Shown piece by piece: positions 60,765 through 64,000 of a DNA stretch of 64,000 bases. The translations under genes and the position numbers were made by a program. The notes under the pieces are model-generated. The model was not told the DNA's origin and did not search any database. It was given only the letters and a program-made list of their open reading frames with translations. The stretch is from an uncultured cyanobacterium (lineage in GTDB: Bacteria; Cyanobacteriota; Cyanobacteriia; CAKZMO01), in assembly GCA_963719515.1 (NCBI GenBank), contig CAVRCJ010000003.1, positions 384,001-448,000 of the forward strand. The letters are read 5' to 3'. The first letter of the stretch is position 1; every line of letters starts with the position of its first letter.

Positions 60765-60998
60765 AACAGAGCGGCCTGTAGCGAGGGTAAAGTAGTCTTC
60801 TCAGGGGATGGAACCTATGCCCCTTTTCGCTATGAGTCGGGTGAATTTTATTACGTGGGCTCCCCTGATGGCAGTATGTTTACTGTAGAGAATGGGATCA
60901 TTCTAATTGAAGACTTTCGAGGCGGACTTACCTTATTCGAAATTACATCTGCTTCGCCAGATCAGTTCAACTTTGTTAGAGAAAATCTAGGGCAATGA
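60765..60998 (+). pseudogene. Start-less gene fragment (C-terminal remnant)
   Basis: 77-codon open frame NRAACSEGKVVFSGDG...FVRENLGQ* with protein-like composition and a stop immediately upstream. Confidence 0.4.
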
Positions 60999-61185
60999 AA
61001 TGTTATGGTCAATTGCTCTACATAGGAGAGGTCTAAACGTCGGCAAGTCCAACAGCTTCAAATCTATCCGTCTCCCCGCCCGCTTCGCGATTGGCGTAGA
61101 AGACGAAGCACCACAACCCCAAGAATGCAAACCTAAACAGTAAGGCAAACATCCATGGACGCCGTTGAATTAACTTGACAAAGAA

Positions 61186-61497
61186 ATGCTAAAAGTAGCC
61201 CTCGACCATCTGAAACAATATCTTAAAGACGAATACAGCGATCGCCTCAATCGAGTTATTTTATTCGGCTCTCACGCTAGGCAAGAGGCTACAGCTGACT
61301 CTGATATCGACATTCTAATTGTTCTAAATGATCCAGTCGATGCTAGCGTGGAAATCCGCCGCACAAGCCAATTTATCGGTCAGCTTTGTTTAGATCACGA
61401 CCTATTAATTTCTCGACTCTTCCTACCCAAATCTCGCTACGAAACAGAAAACTCTCCTCTTCTACGAAACATTCGCAATGAAGGAGTTCTGCTGTGA
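61186..61497 (+). CDS. Minimal nucleotidyltransferase (MNT) antitoxin
   Basis: LFGSHARQEATADSDIDIL (GS-x10-DxD). Confidence 0.9.
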   Translation: MLKVALDHLKQYLKDEYSDRLNRVILFGSHARQEATADSDIDILIVLNDPVDASVEIRRTSQFIGQLCLDHDLLISRLFLPKSRYETENSPLLRNIRNEGVLL

Positions 61498-61865
61498 CCC
61501 CAGAACAGCAATTTCTCATGCAGAAGGCACAACGCAGCCTAGACGCAGCAACGCAGCTCCTACAACAAGAGTTCTACGACTTCGCCGTCTCTCGCGCCTA
61601 CTACGCAATGTTTTACGTGGCTGAAGCCTTGCTAGATAAAGAGGGGCTGTCTTTCTCCAGTCATGCTGCCGTAATCAGCGCTTTCGGCAGGTGTCTCGCT
61701 AAACCTGGCAAAGTTCCTACAGAATTTCATCGGCAGCTCATAGATGCGCAAGCTCAACGCACTCGCGCTGACTACGACCTTCAACCTGACTTATCACAAC
61801 AAGACGCGACGAGCCTAATCAACCAAGCTCAGCAGCTCATAGACTTCGGTTATCGAGAACTTTGA
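61494..61865 (+). CDS. HEPN domain protein (MNT-HEPN pair)
   Basis: SRAYYAMFY, SHAAVISAFG and RTRADY; GTGA overlap with the MNT stop. Confidence 0.9.
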   Translation: MTPEQQFLMQKAQRSLDAATQLLQQEFYDFAVSRAYYAMFYVAEALLDKEGLSFSSHAAVISAFGRCLAKPGKVPTEFHRQLIDAQAQRTRADYDLQPDLSQQDATSLINQAQQLIDFGYREL

Positions 61866-62053
61866 GAATCAGTATCAATCTGTGCCCTCATGCTTTTGGG
61901 CATCTAGAAACTGACGCAGCTCCGCGATCGCCGTCGAAGATGTGGGACCACAGCCCCAAGAGTGCAAAGCCAGCTAGCTCGGAGCGATAAGTGCTATACC
62001 CTCGCTAGCGCGATCGCCCCCTCCAATCCGTGAGTAAGCATCGTACCCTGGGC

Positions 62054-62075
62054 AGTATGTACAGGTGTGCATACT
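62054..62075. promoter_or_regulatory. Palindromic operator upstream of brnTA
   Basis: AGTATGTACA-GG-TGTGCATACT (one mismatch), 10 nt before the brnT start. Confidence 0.6.
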
Positions 62076-62084
62076 ATGCTTAAG

Positions 62085-62170
62085 ATGGCCTACCAATAGA
62101 ATCTAGACAGGGCAGCCAGCAATCTCCGCAAGCGCGGCATCGATTTTGCCGACAGTACGAAGAGGAATAA
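62085..62170 (+). pseudogene. brnT: BrnT toxin remnant
   Basis: MAYQ*NLDRAASNLRKRGIDFAD followed directly by YEEE*: nonsense codon at the usual Trp plus an internal deletion. Confidence 0.75.
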
Positions 62171-62172
62171 CC

Positions 62173-62418
62173 ATGGAAGCCGAATACGACTTTAGCCAAG
62201 GCAAACGCGGGGCAATTGATCCAACCCCAACCGGCAAAACTCGCATCACCATTCGTCTCGATGAAGATATCCTGGCCTGGTTTCGTGAACAGGTCCATCG
62301 AGCGGGCGGCGGAAACTATCAAACCCTAATCAACGACGCTCTGCGCCAGCACATTCAACAGAGCCGCGAACCGCTAGAAGCTACCCTACGCCGCGTCATT
62401 CGAGAGGAGCTGAAGTAA
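62173..62418 (+). CDS. brnA: BrnA-family antitoxin
   Basis: MEAEYDFSQGKRG...RITIRLDEDILAWFR...GGNYQTLINDALR. Confidence 0.88.
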   Translation: MEAEYDFSQGKRGAIDPTPTGKTRITIRLDEDILAWFREQVHRAGGGNYQTLINDALRQHIQQSREPLEATLRRVIREELK

Positions 62419-62540
62419 GCTCTGCGATCGCACTTTCAGCTCTTATTTTGGCAAACTAACCCTCTGGCTACGCTTCTAGCTCATCCGTAGCTCAAGCGTG
62501 GGACAACGACAGCAAACTCGCTAGCAAAGCCTCGTCCGCA

Positions 62541-62588
62541 GCCCACTTTAGTAGGCTTTCTCCGGTAGCCCGCCGTTTACGCGCGGGC
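62541..62588. repeat. REP-like double-hairpin repeat
   Basis: GCCCACTTTAGTAGGC followed by GCCCGC...GCGGGC; related to 27377-27425. Confidence 0.55.
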
Positions 62589-62932
62589 GTCGACAAGCCA
62601 CACTGAGAATTCCTAAGGCGATCGCGCCTTCCAAACCCGCAACTGCTTCATCCAAATCAACAACCCCTCAAACGAAACCAGCAAACACTTACTGGCAAAG
62701 CGCGATCGCCTCAGGCAAACGCGCTACCGCTCAAGCAAATCCCCTTACCACCTACGGGTATCAAGCAAACCTTCAAAGGGAACCTACCGTCGCTCAAGCG
62801 AAACCCCTCAACGCTGAAGCGCCAGCAAAAAACGCTTGCTAAACGGGATCATGGCACAGGCGGCCCAATGAGCAGCAAAAAAAGTTTGTACTACTCTTGC
62901 AGCACAGCCCCCAATGCGATAGAGTCACTTCT

Positions 62933-63145
62933 TGAGAGCTGGATCCCACAGCTCATTGCTCCCAAGTACTTTGGTCAGCGGGGGCGATCGCCATCGACAG
63001 TGACGATCGCTCCCTAACCCCCTCGACAGACAATCCCTGTCTCGGCGGCTACGGGCATTATCCCGTGCCATCCCGAAACACATCACGTCTAGGGATGGCC
63101 AAATCTTGGGTTTCTTACCCAATTCACAAAAAAGGAACCCCAAGA
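62933..63145 (+). ncRNA. Candidate structured leader/ncRNA upstream of a small ORF
   Basis: Seven consecutive hairpins, plus an alternative stem that pairs with the RBS. Confidence 0.5.
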
Positions 63146-63477
63146 TGACAACTCAAAACCGCCCGTTGTCCCTTCTCTCCGAGGGGGCGGCACAGGCCCA
63201 AATGCCCGAAAATCAAGGGCCCAAGCGACCCGCCCCCGAGAGTATACTCAGGCTCACCCGCCCTGACCCCGAAACCGACGACGAATATCTGCACCACATC
63301 ATCATCGGCTCCCCCAAAGCCGTCGAAGACACCATCAAGCTGCTGCACGTGCTGCAGTACGTCGAAAACCGGCGATGGACGCCGCTCATCCCCATTCGGG
63401 AACAGGGGCTGAGGATTACCCCCAATGAAGGGCAGGTGCTGAGCTATTTGGTGCGGCAGCAGCCGAAGCGCTCCTAG
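63145..63477 (+). CDS. Small cyanobacterial protein of unknown function (110 aa)
   Basis: AAGGA RBS. Motif LHHIIIGSPKAVEDTIKLLHVLQY...WTPLIP...GQVLSYL resembles a family I recall from filamentous cyanobacteria. Confidence 0.75.
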   Translation: MTTQNRPLSLLSEGAAQAQMPENQGPKRPAPESILRLTRPDPETDDEYLHHIIIGSPKAVEDTIKLLHVLQYVENRRWTPLIPIREQGLRITPNEGQVLSYLVRQQPKRS

Positions 63478-63488
63478 CTCACCGCAAC

Positions 63489-63515
63489 GGTCAGGTGGGT
63501 ATTACTCACCTGACC
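63489..63515. repeat. REP-like/terminator-like hairpin
   Basis: GGTCAGGTGGGT-ATT-ACTCACCTGACC, 12 nt after the small ORF stop. Confidence 0.55.
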
Positions 63516-63579
63516 CTGCGTCAAAAACATCACCCTACCCATAGGTTTTAATGGTGGTGTTGATGTGGGTTTTTACCTC

Positions 63580-64000
63580 GTGCCTCCTAAATCCTTTCCC
63601 CCCAAAGCAGCTCAGCAGCCCACCCCAACTCGGCTCATTCAGCAGTGGGTCAATCGGGTTGTGAGCGCCGGGGCGATCGCTGTATTGTCGGCGGGCTCGG
63701 GGTATGCTGATGCCGCGATCGCCAACCCAAGCGCCACTGACGCAGGGCAGCCCAGCGAGAGAACCACCCTTGCCCAAGCGCAGCCAGAACTACAGCAGCT
63801 GACGGCATTGCTCGATGCTGTTTTAGAGGCTGCCGCCACCATCGACGCGCCCCAGCCCAGCGCCGAGGCGCTGAGCGACATTGCCGGTGCATACGTGGCG
63901 CTGGGAGATGCGCAGCAAGCCGCGACGGTGATTGAATCAGCCCGACGAGCCGCTTTTAGCATCGACGAGCCCAGCGAAAAATCTTCTGCGCTGACCGCCG
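63580..64000 (+). CDS. Secreted TPR-like repeat protein (3'-truncated by window edge)
   Basis: Frame is open to the window end. Signal-like segment, then ALSDIAGAYVALGDAQQAATVIESARRAAFSIDEPSEKSSALTA helical repeats. Start uncertain. Confidence 0.65.
   Translation, partial: MPPKSFPPKAAQQPTPTRLIQQWVNRVVSAGAIAVLSAGSGYADAAIANPSATDAGQPSERTTLAQAQPELQQLTALLDAVLEAAATIDAPQPSAEALSDIAGAYVALGDAQQAATVIESARRAAFSIDEPSEKSSALTA

Noticed and set aside
980..63725. High density of GCGATCGC as a novel repeat
   Set aside because: This is the well-known cyanobacterial HIP1 octamer, used here only as a taxonomic clue.
1..64000. CRISPR array, tRNA or rRNA genes
   Set aside because: No regularly spaced identical repeats with unique spacers and no cloverleaf or rRNA signatures seen by eye.

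Overview
Chromosomal window from a cyanobacterium: HIP1 octamers (GCGATCGC) are abundant and NtcA-type promoters are present. The gene families suggest a filamentous Leptolyngbya/Nodosilinea-like lineage, which is inference. From left to right the window holds: (1) a three-gene glycosyltransferase block; (2) a ~14 kb nitrogen-scavenging island made of a decayed sodium:solute symporter, a complete Nit1C/MSMEG_0565-0572 cluster with its GAF-LuxR regulator, and an uncharacterised TetR/OsmC/acyl-CoA-dehydrogenase-like/NrtA-CynA-type binding-protein unit, with three NtcA boxes and a 30-bp operator palindrome; (3) housekeeping genes (DUF302, NagD-like HAD, GT9, ispD); (4) a cellulose-synthase-like operon (porin, TPR protein, bcsZ, bcsB, bcsA); (5) rfbCDAB plus an epimerase; (6) a 697-aa C-terminal-HTH protein, two RTX-type exoproteins and a GH13 enzyme; (7) an accessory region with an ISNCY-type element nested in an IS4 element nested in a small repeat, Uma2, an M48 peptidase, an IS66-split 689-aa secreted protein, MNT-HEPN and decayed BrnT/BrnA toxin-antitoxin modules, and a small ORF behind a ~210-nt highly structured leader. 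No CRISPR array, tRNA or rRNA was seen. Several genes carry single-base indels, mostly in homopolymers, that are probably consensus errors. The best candidates for undescribed biology are the NtcA+TetR-controlled OsmC/ACAD/binding-protein operon, the structured-RNA/small-protein unit at 62.9-63.5 kb, and the repeated gene 3' ends that precede each toxin-antitoxin module.
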